Assembly: GCA_902800645.1 (NCBI GenBank) | Contig: CADCFC010000002.1 | Location: 8,436 to 72,435, forward strand | DNA: 64,000 nucleotides | Reading direction: 5' to 3' | DNA from: an uncultured Erysipelotrichaceae bacterium | GTDB lineage: Bacteria > Bacillota_I > Bacilli_A > RFN20 > CAG-826 | In this document: positions 47,501 through 56,865 of the stretch, one piece after another | Layout: the number at the start of each line of letters is the position of its first letter | How positions within the stretch are numbered: the first letter of the stretch is position 1 | The notes under the pieces: generated by a model | Databases searched by the model: none | Told to the model about the DNA's origin: nothing | The model's input: only the letters and a program-made list of their open reading frames with translations | Position numbers and translations under genes: made by a program

Positions 47501-50221
47501 TTATCCACCATAAGTATAACAGATACTTCTCCAATTTGTGAAGTTAGTCATGCTACTTGTGTAGTATCGACTAAACCCAGAACTACTTTTGGATGTTGGG
47601 AAATACATACAAATACCGTTAGAATTACCGGCATCTTTCCCGACTTTTTTATAACCAATCAACTCATTTAAAGCAGAAATACAGTTATCAATTAAATCGC
47701 CAACGTTCTTACCTAAAGTAGCGTGTGCTTTTACCTTCGTTAAGAAATCTAAAGCATCAAATGTTCCATATGAAGATGTATTTACTTCACAATAAACGCT
47801 TCCAAATTGAACTAGTTCATAATATTCAGTAACATCTTCAACAGTACACCCATCTGGGAATTCGTCAGGATAATCTTCAGTCCATTCGTCAGCAACTGCT
47901 TGAAGTTCTGCATATGTATAAGTTGTACCACCATAGCTTTTAACACTGTTATTTAAGTAATCAATGAATGCATTACTTCCGAGTGAGCCGATGTTAGTTG
48001 CGATAGAAGAGGCCATTGTTTCCCAAGCGTTTTTATATGCGCTAGCTTTACTTAAATCGAACCATGCGAGTGTTTGATCATTCGCACTTCTATATCCGTC
48101 TTCGCTTTCCCAAGAATCAAGCATAGTTTCAATAGAAGCAATAAAGGAATCACAAATTTCAGTAAGAATTGTTTCGGTTGGTTTTTTATTATATAAATCA
48201 TCAATCCATCCACTATAAGCCCAGCCATCACCGAGCTCGCTTTCTTGAGCGGCAACCATATAATTAGCAATTGCACTATTCTTTTCAGCGATATCTTGAA
48301 CCGCCATTAAGCAAGCGTCATAACCAATCCATTCAAGTTTGCTTTTGCCTGTATGAGATAGAGCATTTGAAACAGCGGTTAGAACTTCATTATCATCAAG
48401 ACCTTCTTGACTTTTCTTGTAATCAAAACAAACGCCAGCCATTGCTCCACCATGATTCCAAAGAACCAAAGCAGTTTTTTCAGCAGGATAACTAGTTAAT
48501 CCATATTCAACAAAGCTTTCTAATGTTGAAGAATCTCCCATGGAAGTATAGGTATCTAGTGTTTCATCTAATACAATCTTTTGATTCTCAACGTGATGTC
48601 TTTGAAGACTATCAGAAGAAATACTATAGCCATTACTATATTTGCCATAGGTATTATTTGTCCATTCGGTTGCTCCACCAGTTTCAATAACGATGTTAAC
48701 ATCGTTTGGTTTATTTGGAACAGACAAAATTTCTAAAATATCCGCAGTAGCTAAGCCAATACCATCGATTGGATATTCTTTGCCATTTTGAGTAATTGTG
48801 TCCTTGTTAGCATAATCACTTTCTAGATTAGTGCCGCACATATACATTAAAATAGTCCAAGCGCCTTCAACTACTGGTGCGACAGTGATATTAAATGATT
48901 TATTAATTGATGAACCATCTTCTTTTTTAGCAGAGGCACGAATTACTGTACTACCCACTTCGACACCTCTAATAGTGCCATCATTAACGGTTGCAATAGT
49001 TTCATCATCACTAGACCAGGTAATTGTTTTTTGGTTAGTGTCGCTTGGAGTAAACGAAACAGATAATGCAGTTGTCTTTCCTTTATCAACAGAAGAAGAA
49101 CCACTAATTTCAAAGTCAGTTGGATAAATCTTCTCGGTTAATCCTTCAAAAATGAATGGCATGTAATAACTATCATCGCCAGTTTTGTTTTGGTAGCAAG
49201 AAAATATCCCATTAGTGGAATTATAATACATCTGATTTCTAGTATTAGTTCCTTGAGCAACTATTGAACATCCAGAAGCTGAATATGAATATGTAAAACT
49301 AGCGTCATCAGTTTTCGTTTTGGTAGATTTTAATAAATTTTTGCTTGAACCAGCTGCATATAGATATTCATTGGATTCAGTGTCTTTAAACGAATATGTA
49401 CCTGTTTTAGTGCCTTCTTCGACTAAAAATGTATATGCACCTTTACCTGTAATATTAATGGTATTGTCACTAATTGAAGCGTCGACCGCCGCTCTATTAT
49501 TATTGCCTTGTGATCCCATTAACTTAGTGCTTCCTGAAGACACGCTTGAGAAAACAATAATTGAGCCAATTTCTAATTTATTCGAAGTAACTAATGTAAA
49601 TTCAGTAACTGTAGAAGGATCAACTGGATCAACAGGGCTTCCTTTGTCCTTTAAGGTAATAGTTAATGTTACATTACTACTTGGCATGTTAAACGAATAT
49701 TTGTTATTTGTAAGAGTTAAAACAGTATTATTTTGTTTAACAGTATCAATTTCTTTATTAGCGTTAGTAACTGTAACAGTAAATTCAACTGCCTCATTAG
49801 CAACATAGCTGCTCTTGATTCCATTAACTGTATAATCGCTAGAAGTAGAATAACTAACAGTGTAAGTAGTTGTTGGTGTTCCTTTATCTTTTAAAGTGAT
49901 ATAAAGGGTGACGTTACTACTTGGCATGTTGAATGAATACTTGTTATTAACCGCTGTTAAAACTGTTATATCTTGTTTGACAGTTTCAATTTCTTTTTGA
50001 GCATTAGTAACTGTAACAGTAAATTCAACCTTCTCATTAGCAGTGTAACTGCTCTTCAAACCATTAACTGTGTAATCACTAGAAGTTGCATAGTTAACAG
50101 TATAAGTTGTTACAGTAGGATCTCCACCTGGATCACTAGGAGTGGCAGGAGTAGAAATACCACAAGACGCTAAAAGCATGCCGATAGCGACAAGTGGGAT
50201 GATTGTAAAACGTTTTTTCAT
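47501..50221 (-). CDS. Lipoprotein with C-terminal clostripain-like (peptidase C11) cysteine protease domain
   Basis: 906 aa. Lipobox LLASCG. Two 80-aa tandem repeats and one Big_2-like domain (TWSSDDETIATVNDGTIRGVEVGSTVIRASA). The C11 pattern is WTILMYMCGTNLE, LVLWNHGG (His-Gly) and WIGYDACLM (catalytic Cys). Confidence 0.7.
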   Translation of the reverse strand: MKKRFTIIPLVAIGMLLASCGISTPATPSDPGGDPTVTTYTVNYATSSDYTVNGLKSSYTANEKVEFTVTVTNAQKEIETVKQDITVLTAVNNKYSFNMPSSNVTLYITLKDKGTPTTTYTVSYSTSSDYTVNGIKSSYVANEAVEFTVTVTNANKEIDTVKQNNTVLTLTNNKYSFNMPSSNVTLTITLKDKGSPVDPVDPSTVTEFTLVTSNKLEIGSIIVFSSVSSGSTKLMGSQGNNNRAAVDASISDNTINITGKGAYTFLVEEGTKTGTYSFKDTESNEYLYAAGSSKNLLKSTKTKTDDASFTYSYSASGCSIVAQGTNTRNQMYYNSTNGIFSCYQNKTGDDSYYMPFIFEGLTEKIYPTDFEISGSSSVDKGKTTALSVSFTPSDTNQKTITWSSDDETIATVNDGTIRGVEVGSTVIRASAKKEDGSSINKSFNITVAPVVEGAWTILMYMCGTNLESDYANKDTITQNGKEYPIDGIGLATADILEILSVPNKPNDVNIVIETGGATEWTNNTYGKYSNGYSISSDSLQRHHVENQKIVLDETLDTYTSMGDSSTLESFVEYGLTSYPAEKTALVLWNHGGAMAGVCFDYKKSQEGLDDNEVLTAVSNALSHTGKSKLEWIGYDACLMAVQDIAEKNSAIANYMVAAQESELGDGWAYSGWIDDLYNKKPTETILTEICDSFIASIETMLDSWESEDGYRSANDQTLAWFDLSKASAYKNAWETMASSIATNIGSLGSNAFIDYLNNSVKSYGGTTYTYAELQAVADEWTEDYPDEFPDGCTVEDVTEYYELVQFGSVYCEVNTSSYGTFDALDFLTKVKAHATLGKNVGDLIDNCISALNELIGYKKVGKDAGNSNGICMYFPTSKSSSGFSRYYTSSMTNFTNWRSICYTYGG
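49631..50110 (-). repeat. Tandem 240-bp (80-aa) duplication inside the C11 lipoprotein gene
   Basis: aa 38-117 (TTYTVNYATSSDYTVNGLKSSY...ITLKDKGTPT) and aa 118-197 (TTYTVSYSTSSDYTVNGIKSSY...ITLKDKGSPV) are identical at 66 of 80 positions by my count. Confidence 0.85.
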
Positions 50222-50280
50222 TTATTTACCTTCTTCTCTTTTTTGTAAGAGAATATATTAATATATTTTTAAATATATTT

Positions 50281-53200
50281 CTAACGATATTTACGGTTCT
50301 TTTTTCTCACTAGTAGATAAATAGATATAGAGGATAATGAAATAAGTGAGATTAGAACTATTAATATTCCATATCTAAAGCCATAATTACCATATAAAAA
50401 ACTATTTAATTGAAGTGGATTGCCATCAGAATCCTTAACGAAATTAGTCCCTAACTGACTAGAATATTTTCCATAGATAATCTTATATAATTCTCTCGCT
50501 TCATTAATAGAAGCATCATCACTATTAAAGAATGCATCTTTAGCGTCGTCAGTCATATAAGTATATTCACTACCGAGTTCACTCCAAATAGAAGCAATAG
50601 ATGAGACATTAGAATTAACACCATCATAATCGCAATACTCTTTAGTGGAATTCATGAAATAATTTGCCCACGCTTTTGCTTGATCGGTTGGAGTTGCTGG
50701 ATAAGAAACGGATTCCACTTCTTGATAGAATATTTGAATAGATTTGACATAAATACTATTAGTGGTACAGTTGACTGTTAATTTAACAGTACCTGTTTGA
50801 GCAGTAGAAAAATTAAATGTTAAATCTCTATGAGTGGTTCCACCAGTTTTAGTGATAGTTTGACTAACTTCACTATTAGATCCATTTTTAATTTTGATTG
50901 AGCCCGCTCCAGCACTAGAATTCGTACAGTAATTTACTATTACTCTACTAATGTTTGTATAAGAGGATTTACTAGTCGCATTAGCGCCGCTAGTTCCAGT
51001 TGTGATCTGAATGCCTTTACTATCCAACTGATTCCCAGCTTTTCCACTATTCCAACTACTAGTGCTATCACCCCAAGAAGCAGAATTAAATGTATAGGTT
51101 ACATTCGTGTCGACATATTCTTCTTTAGAAATACCGACATTCTTACTCGCTCCATTATTAGTAACCATAACTTCTTTGGTGTCACTTTTAGTTACACCTT
51201 CAAAAGTATAAGAAGCTGTTATATTTTGTTTACCAATAACACTAGTATTTACGTTACTAGTAATAGTCGCACTATTAGTAACATCCATAGAGGTGTTATT
51301 AGAAAAATAGGCGGTTACTGTCGGGTTACCAATATCATAATCATCTTTATATATAACTGAAGTATTGTAATTAGTTAACTCAATTCTTGTTAGTACAGTT
51401 CTTTCAATAATAGTGACTAAACAAGTCGCACTAACTTCACTTCCATCTAACGCTGTTGCTGTAATAGTAGCGGTATCTCCAACAGTTCCTAAAGCAGATA
51501 ATGTTGCTGTTAAGCCGTTAATTCCTGAAATAGAAACAACATTAGGGTTACTACTTTCCCACTCTAAATTTTTATTAGTCGCATTAGTTGGACTGATAGA
51601 AGCAGTTAAAGTTGCGGTTTTACCGTCCTCAATATTTTTAGAAGAATCTAACGAAATAGAAGTAACTGGTATAGGAGTTGTATCGATAACAGTGACTGTA
51701 CAAGACGCACTCTTTTTATTATTAAAAGTAGATGTTGCTGTAAGAGTAGTTGTACCAACTTTTAACGCAGTTACTGTTCCATTAGATAAAGATGCAACAG
51801 TAGGATCACTGTTTGCCCAAGAGAGTTCATCACTCGCACCTTTTATCGTTTCAACATTAATTGATAAATCAGAAGATACTTGACCATTTAAATCCAAAGT
51901 TAGTGAAGAAGGGGAAATAGTAACTGATTTAACATCAGGAACCGCTACTTTATATAAAGTTAATGATTCATAAGCAGAGCTCAATGTATAAAATCTATAC
52001 ATCGTTGAATTGTTTTTAAGAGCGCGCCCATTACATATTAATTGTCCATTTTCATCACTCGTGCAAGTTCCAATACTAGCCGCTACACTTGTATACAAAA
52101 AATGATTATCAGTAGGGGTAGCGATATATTTATTAGCTCCTTCATCTTTTAAGGTGAAACCACCACTAACTTCAGTTACTAAATATTTAATCCACAAAGC
52201 TTCATTAGCATCAATTGTTGCATCCTTTTTAGAGTCCCAGCCAGTAACTCCACTACTTCCAAGTTTAATGACTACTCTATCTCCAGCAGATAAATCACTA
52301 GTGGAAGTAACTTGAACATAGTCAGACTTTTCACTAACAGTAATAGAAATATCAACCGATTTCGTGACACCGTTTTCTGTATAACTAACTGTCCAAGACG
52401 TATCAGTTTTCTTAAGTTTCGTAGTTGTATCAACTACATAACCACTAGTAATAGTTTTATTTTTACGAGTGTCGTTATAAGTAAGAGTAAGTTTTAATCC
52501 AGTTGCGTCAAATGTATCATCTTCAACGTAACTAGTTTTAAATGTTCCAGCAGTAGCAATTGATTCAAGTCTTACTGCGATTACTTCAATATTAAATGTT
52601 GTTTCTTTGGTAATGTTATTCTCTGTATAACTGACAGTAACTGTGTAGTTTCCTGCAGTATTTAAATCAAAACCAGTAAACTGACAATAATTTGTTACTG
52701 TCTGCGTAGCGTTATTAGCGTAAGTCGCTCTTATTGTTGGTTTAGAAAAAGAATCACCAACGTAGTAAGTTGGTTTAGGAGTAGATATACATTCTATTTT
52801 AGTTAAATCAGCTTTGTTAATCGTAACTTCACAAGTCTCAATCGCTCCATTAGCAGTAGCGGTAATAGTCACTGTTCCTTTTGTTTTAGCGGTAACTAAG
52901 CCACTACTAGATACAGTTGCGTAAAACGTATTACTCGACTGGAAGTTTACTTGTGTTCCAATTGGATCAACAGTTGCGACAAGTTGGAATGTCTCGCCTT
53001 CCTTCAAAGTTAAAGAAGTACGATTAAGTGATAATTTAGTCTTTTTAGCGTTAACCGTTACAGTAATTGTTTTAAAAACATTAGGGTTATCGACTGAAGT
53101 AATAGAGACTAAATCTTCTCCAACTCCTTTAGCGATAATATGACCATTACTATCAACAGTTAAAACATCCTCATCTAAATTTTCAAATGTAACACTGCTA

Positions 53201-54405
53201 TCGTAATCTCCTTCACCAATAACAGAATAATCAATATCAAAAGTTCCACCAACTTCTAAAGTGATTGATTCATCAATAACATTATTAAGTTCAATATCAG
53301 TGACTGAATCTAATCCAAGTAAACGAGAAACATTAAGCCTTCCACTTCCTGACCAAGAAGGGTTTCCAGGAATCTTATCGCAAGTATTTTTAAGCGCATT
53401 GATAATTTGATCCGGAGTAGCGGATTTATGATTTTGTTTATATAAGGCTGCCGCAGCGGCCACTAAAGGTGAACTAAAAGAAGTACCAATGTTACTATCA
53501 TAGTCACTATTTCCGCTAATTAATGGAACATAGACAGATCCAGAAGTAACTAAATCGATATCGCTTAAATTTGAATAACTCGCTTTCTCGGTTGAACTTC
53601 CATTAGCTAAGGAGCCAATCGATAAACAGTGCTCATTACTCGCGGGATATGATTTATAAGCAGTATTATGATTTCCTGCTGCAGCAATACATAAAATGCC
53701 GTGATTATAACAAGAATTAATATAATCTACTAATTCAGTCGCATTATTTGCGTATCCAGGATAAGTTTTGCCGTTATATTCATGAGTGACTGTATACGAT
53801 TGAATCGACATATTAATAATGTCAACTTGGCTCTCAAGTACACAGTGATTTAAAGCGGTTTTTACTTTTTCCCAGTTATAAGAATTATCACTATCAGTGA
53901 CTTTATAAATATAAAGTTCAACATTTGGGGCTAGACCCGCTACACCAAGCGAATTAATTTGACTTGCGATTGTGCCTGCTACATTTGTCCCATGCCCTAA
54001 AGTATCATTAACTAGAGTTGGACTAGTTGTATAAGGTATTACTTGTAAAGAATTATTAATTGTGTAAGTTGTATTTTTAAAAATGTATTCACCGTTATAT
54101 TGAAATTCCTCGTGGTTATAGTTAATTCCACTATCAAGAATCGCAACTTTAACAGTTTCACCTCGATATGTGTCTAGTGCTCTACCAACGTTCATCGCTT
54201 TAAATGTGCGACTATTTTGTTGAGAAGAATATAAAGGCTCGTTTTTATATGAAGACGAATAAGCTGGAAGAGGTTTTCTTCCATCTCCAACTACCACAGT
54301 AGGCGTATTAAAAGCTTTAACTTCATAATCATTTAAAGCCGGGATAGTAGAAAACGCTAACCCGATAAAAGTAAATAAAGTTAAAGCCTTTAGTTTATTC
54401 ATCAT
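50281..54405 (-). CDS. Giant surface subtilase (peptidase S8) with multiple Ig-like domains and a C-terminal membrane anchor
   Basis: 1374 aa with a signal peptide. Catalytic triad contexts: VAILDSGI (Asp), HGTNVAGTIAS (His), GTSFSSPLVAAAAAL (Ser). At least 4 Big_2-like and several Big_3-like repeats (..VTVSYTENNITKETTFNIEV..). C-terminal TM helix plus RKKNRKYR. Confidence 0.85.
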   Translation of the reverse strand: MMNKLKALTLFTFIGLAFSTIPALNDYEVKAFNTPTVVVGDGRKPLPAYSSSYKNEPLYSSQQNSRTFKAMNVGRALDTYRGETVKVAILDSGINYNHEEFQYNGEYIFKNTTYTINNSLQVIPYTTSPTLVNDTLGHGTNVAGTIASQINSLGVAGLAPNVELYIYKVTDSDNSYNWEKVKTALNHCVLESQVDIINMSIQSYTVTHEYNGKTYPGYANNATELVDYINSCYNHGILCIAAAGNHNTAYKSYPASNEHCLSIGSLANGSSTEKASYSNLSDIDLVTSGSVYVPLISGNSDYDSNIGTSFSSPLVAAAAALYKQNHKSATPDQIINALKNTCDKIPGNPSWSGSGRLNVSRLLGLDSVTDIELNNVIDESITLEVGGTFDIDYSVIGEGDYDSSVTFENLDEDVLTVDSNGHIIAKGVGEDLVSITSVDNPNVFKTITVTVNAKKTKLSLNRTSLTLKEGETFQLVATVDPIGTQVNFQSSNTFYATVSSSGLVTAKTKGTVTITATANGAIETCEVTINKADLTKIECISTPKPTYYVGDSFSKPTIRATYANNATQTVTNYCQFTGFDLNTAGNYTVTVSYTENNITKETTFNIEVIAVRLESIATAGTFKTSYVEDDTFDATGLKLTLTYNDTRKNKTITSGYVVDTTTKLKKTDTSWTVSYTENGVTKSVDISITVSEKSDYVQVTSTSDLSAGDRVVIKLGSSGVTGWDSKKDATIDANEALWIKYLVTEVSGGFTLKDEGANKYIATPTDNHFLYTSVAASIGTCTSDENGQLICNGRALKNNSTMYRFYTLSSAYESLTLYKVAVPDVKSVTISPSSLTLDLNGQVSSDLSINVETIKGASDELSWANSDPTVASLSNGTVTALKVGTTTLTATSTFNNKKSASCTVTVIDTTPIPVTSISLDSSKNIEDGKTATLTASISPTNATNKNLEWESSNPNVVSISGINGLTATLSALGTVGDTATITATALDGSEVSATCLVTIIERTVLTRIELTNYNTSVIYKDDYDIGNPTVTAYFSNNTSMDVTNSATITSNVNTSVIGKQNITASYTFEGVTKSDTKEVMVTNNGASKNVGISKEEYVDTNVTYTFNSASWGDSTSSWNSGKAGNQLDSKGIQITTGTSGANATSKSSYTNISRVIVNYCTNSSAGAGSIKIKNGSNSEVSQTITKTGGTTHRDLTFNFSTAQTGTVKLTVNCTTNSIYVKSIQIFYQEVESVSYPATPTDQAKAWANYFMNSTKEYCDYDGVNSNVSSIASIWSELGSEYTYMTDDAKDAFFNSDDASINEARELYKIIYGKYSSQLGTNFVKDSDGNPLQLNSFLYGNYGFRYGILIVLISLISLSSISIYLLVRKKNRKYR

Positions 54406-54459
54406 GTTGTAATGTCAAATTTGAGAGCAAAGTTCTCCAATTATAAAATTGGTTTATGT

Positions 54460-56748
54460 TTATTTTTCTTTCCTCTTTATAAACTTATTAATAATAACGA
54501 GAATAATTCCACTTATCGCTAGAATAGAAAGGATAATGCTCATAGAAGAAACGTCTCCTCCACAGCCCACTCTAGGTGGATTTTCAGTAGGAGTATCTCC
54601 TCCACCTTCATCGTTACTCTTTTCTCTAACATTAATTACGTAAGTAGCGGTAACAGTAACGCCATTATCGGTAAATGAAACAGTAATAGTCTTACTTTCA
54701 GCTATGGACATATCTGGAGTAGAAACACTAGTAGGAGTAACTTCAACGGTCTTGTCTGAATAAGTAGCGACACATTTTCCAGTAAATGAGAACGTATCGT
54801 TAACAAAATACTCAGTCTTTTGACCACTTAAACTAATCGATAGAAGAGTGGATACTGATGTACCTTCTTTAACGTTAATCTTATAGATATATGATTTAGT
54901 GACCCCGCCTTCGCTATAAGTAACAACTACAGTCTTTTCTCCTATCGTTGACATATTAGGAGTAGAAACACTAGTAGGAGTAACAACTTTATCATCACCC
55001 TTATCATAGTGAGCGGTTAAAACACCGTCATATCTAAATGTATCATTTAGATTAAATTCAGTAGTTTCGCCACTAGAAGATAATGATACTAGTCTTGGCT
55101 CTTCACTACTATTCGCGTATTCAACTTCAATTGATGAAGCTTGTAAGTTCTTATTTTTAACTGAGATATTAAAGAATCCAAAGTCACCATTAGGAACAAA
55201 TTCGCCTTTACTTCCTCCTGTCGAGGTAGTGATAATTGTTCCATTTTCATCAGTGGCACTCTTAAATCCTTCAATAGGAGAAGTGCCGACATTAATTACT
55301 TGGTTAGCAGAAGAAGAACCACCGCTTGCATAGTTAATTGTAATCTTAGTAATCTTCCCTAAATTAGTTGTGTTATAAAGATATCCACTATTTTCATCAA
55401 ACCATACTTTGCTGCCATTAAAATCTTTAACTTTGCCTTTAAAGGTAATTCCATCACTAGTTAAAGTAGACTCAGTAGATGTAGAAGAACCAAGTCCTTC
55501 AATATTTGAATCAATAGTAACTTTACCGTCACCAGTAACACTTCCTCCACCGGAATTATCTTTAACGGTGATGACAGTTGAATATTTAATTGATTTATTT
55601 TGCCCTTCTTTAGTGTAACTATAAGTTAAAGTTAAAACTGCAGCTCCACCTTTAACACCGGTAACAGAAACACCATTAGAATATTGACCTCTATTATAAA
55701 CTTGAGTAATAGCGATATCTTCTTTATCAATTGACCAAGAGACATCGTTACTATAAACACCATCAACAGTGGCAAAGAAATTAGCAGTGTCACCAACATT
55801 TATAGTTGTAGCTTTATTATTTGTGAGATCTTCAATTTTTGAAGTTCCATCATCAAGTTTAATAGCGATTTCATGATCATCACTAGGGTAAGAAGCATTA
55901 TTACAAAGTGCTTGAGTAGTCGCATTTGTACTTCCCCAGATTCTACAAGCGTATTCTGGGTGATCGATAAATGGATTTCTATTTCCTTGAAGGTATTCCG
56001 CTCCTTCGTTTCTTCTTTTTTCTCTTTCAGTAACAGGGTGCTCAATATTCCATTTAATTAAACTATTGAGGTTACCCATTTCATTACTTCCGCCACTATC
56101 TTCATCAATAAGGTCTAACTGATTAGAAGCAACCATGCAGTAAAAAGTAATTCTTGCTGCTTCTCCTCTGCTATCAGCACTATATCCAGCGGCGTAAGGA
56201 TCCCATCCTCCAGAACTCTTATTTTTTCCTTCGACGAAGAAAGAATTTCCTCGCGAACTATTTTCGGCTGAGATTGTAGGTCTAGGCATATGGATATCAG
56301 CTTCAACTTTATTACCGCCTAAACTATCAGGCCAAACGTGTTCTTTGTTCCAGCTACTAGTTGGAGTGTATGTATAAAAAGAAGAAATAACTTCACTATA
56401 AGGCTGTCCATTTTTATCAGTTTTTACTAATGAAGAATTAGTGACATCATAATCGGTATAAATATATGGGCTTTTAGCTGGAGAAGTACCCATGCTCGAA
56501 TATCCCATAGTTGTTTTTCTTTTGCTGCTATTTAAGCTTCTTAAAGAAGAAAGCAATGTGTTTCCAGTAGAAACATCACTAATACCATTATAATAAGTGG
56601 CTTTATCTCCATTTGTATAAGTTTGACTAGGAGAGAATAACGCTAAAACTTCTTTAACTTCACTTTTCTCTTTAATAAATATAGGAGCACTAAGCACTCC
56701 AAAAGCGGTTATTAAAGCCGCAATAAAACCAATTCTTCTCGTTTTCAT
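54460..56748 (-). CDS. Surface-anchored endonuclease I-family nuclease with Ig-like repeats
   Basis: 762 aa with an N-terminal signal or anchor. Endonuclease I patterns: KEHVWPDSLGG, DIHMPRPT..ENSSRGN, RGEAARITFY and QGNRNPFIDHPE. C-terminal TM helix plus KFIKRKEK. Confidence 0.75.
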   Translation of the reverse strand: MKTRRIGFIAALITAFGVLSAPIFIKEKSEVKEVLALFSPSQTYTNGDKATYYNGISDVSTGNTLLSSLRSLNSSKRKTTMGYSSMGTSPAKSPYIYTDYDVTNSSLVKTDKNGQPYSEVISSFYTYTPTSSWNKEHVWPDSLGGNKVEADIHMPRPTISAENSSRGNSFFVEGKNKSSGGWDPYAAGYSADSRGEAARITFYCMVASNQLDLIDEDSGGSNEMGNLNSLIKWNIEHPVTEREKRRNEGAEYLQGNRNPFIDHPEYACRIWGSTNATTQALCNNASYPSDDHEIAIKLDDGTSKIEDLTNNKATTINVGDTANFFATVDGVYSNDVSWSIDKEDIAITQVYNRGQYSNGVSVTGVKGGAAVLTLTYSYTKEGQNKSIKYSTVITVKDNSGGGSVTGDGKVTIDSNIEGLGSSTSTESTLTSDGITFKGKVKDFNGSKVWFDENSGYLYNTTNLGKITKITINYASGGSSSANQVINVGTSPIEGFKSATDENGTIITTSTGGSKGEFVPNGDFGFFNISVKNKNLQASSIEVEYANSSEEPRLVSLSSSGETTEFNLNDTFRYDGVLTAHYDKGDDKVVTPTSVSTPNMSTIGEKTVVVTYSEGGVTKSYIYKINVKEGTSVSTLLSISLSGQKTEYFVNDTFSFTGKCVATYSDKTVEVTPTSVSTPDMSIAESKTITVSFTDNGVTVTATYVINVREKSNDEGGGDTPTENPPRVGCGGDVSSMSIILSILAISGIILVIINKFIKRKEK

Positions 56749-56817
56749 AAAACTAAATATATTTTCCTTAGTAGTTATATTTTATATAAAGCAAGCCAAT
56801 TAATAAATACTTAATAT

Positions 56818-56852
56818 AAAAAAAGTTCCCACAAAATATAATTTGTAGGAAC
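56818..56852 (-). terminator. Rho-independent terminator after oppF
   Basis: Minus strand: GTTCCTACAAA-(6 nt)-TTTGTGGGAAC followed by TTTTTTT. Confidence 0.65.
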
Positions 56853-56865
56853 TAATCTCATATTA

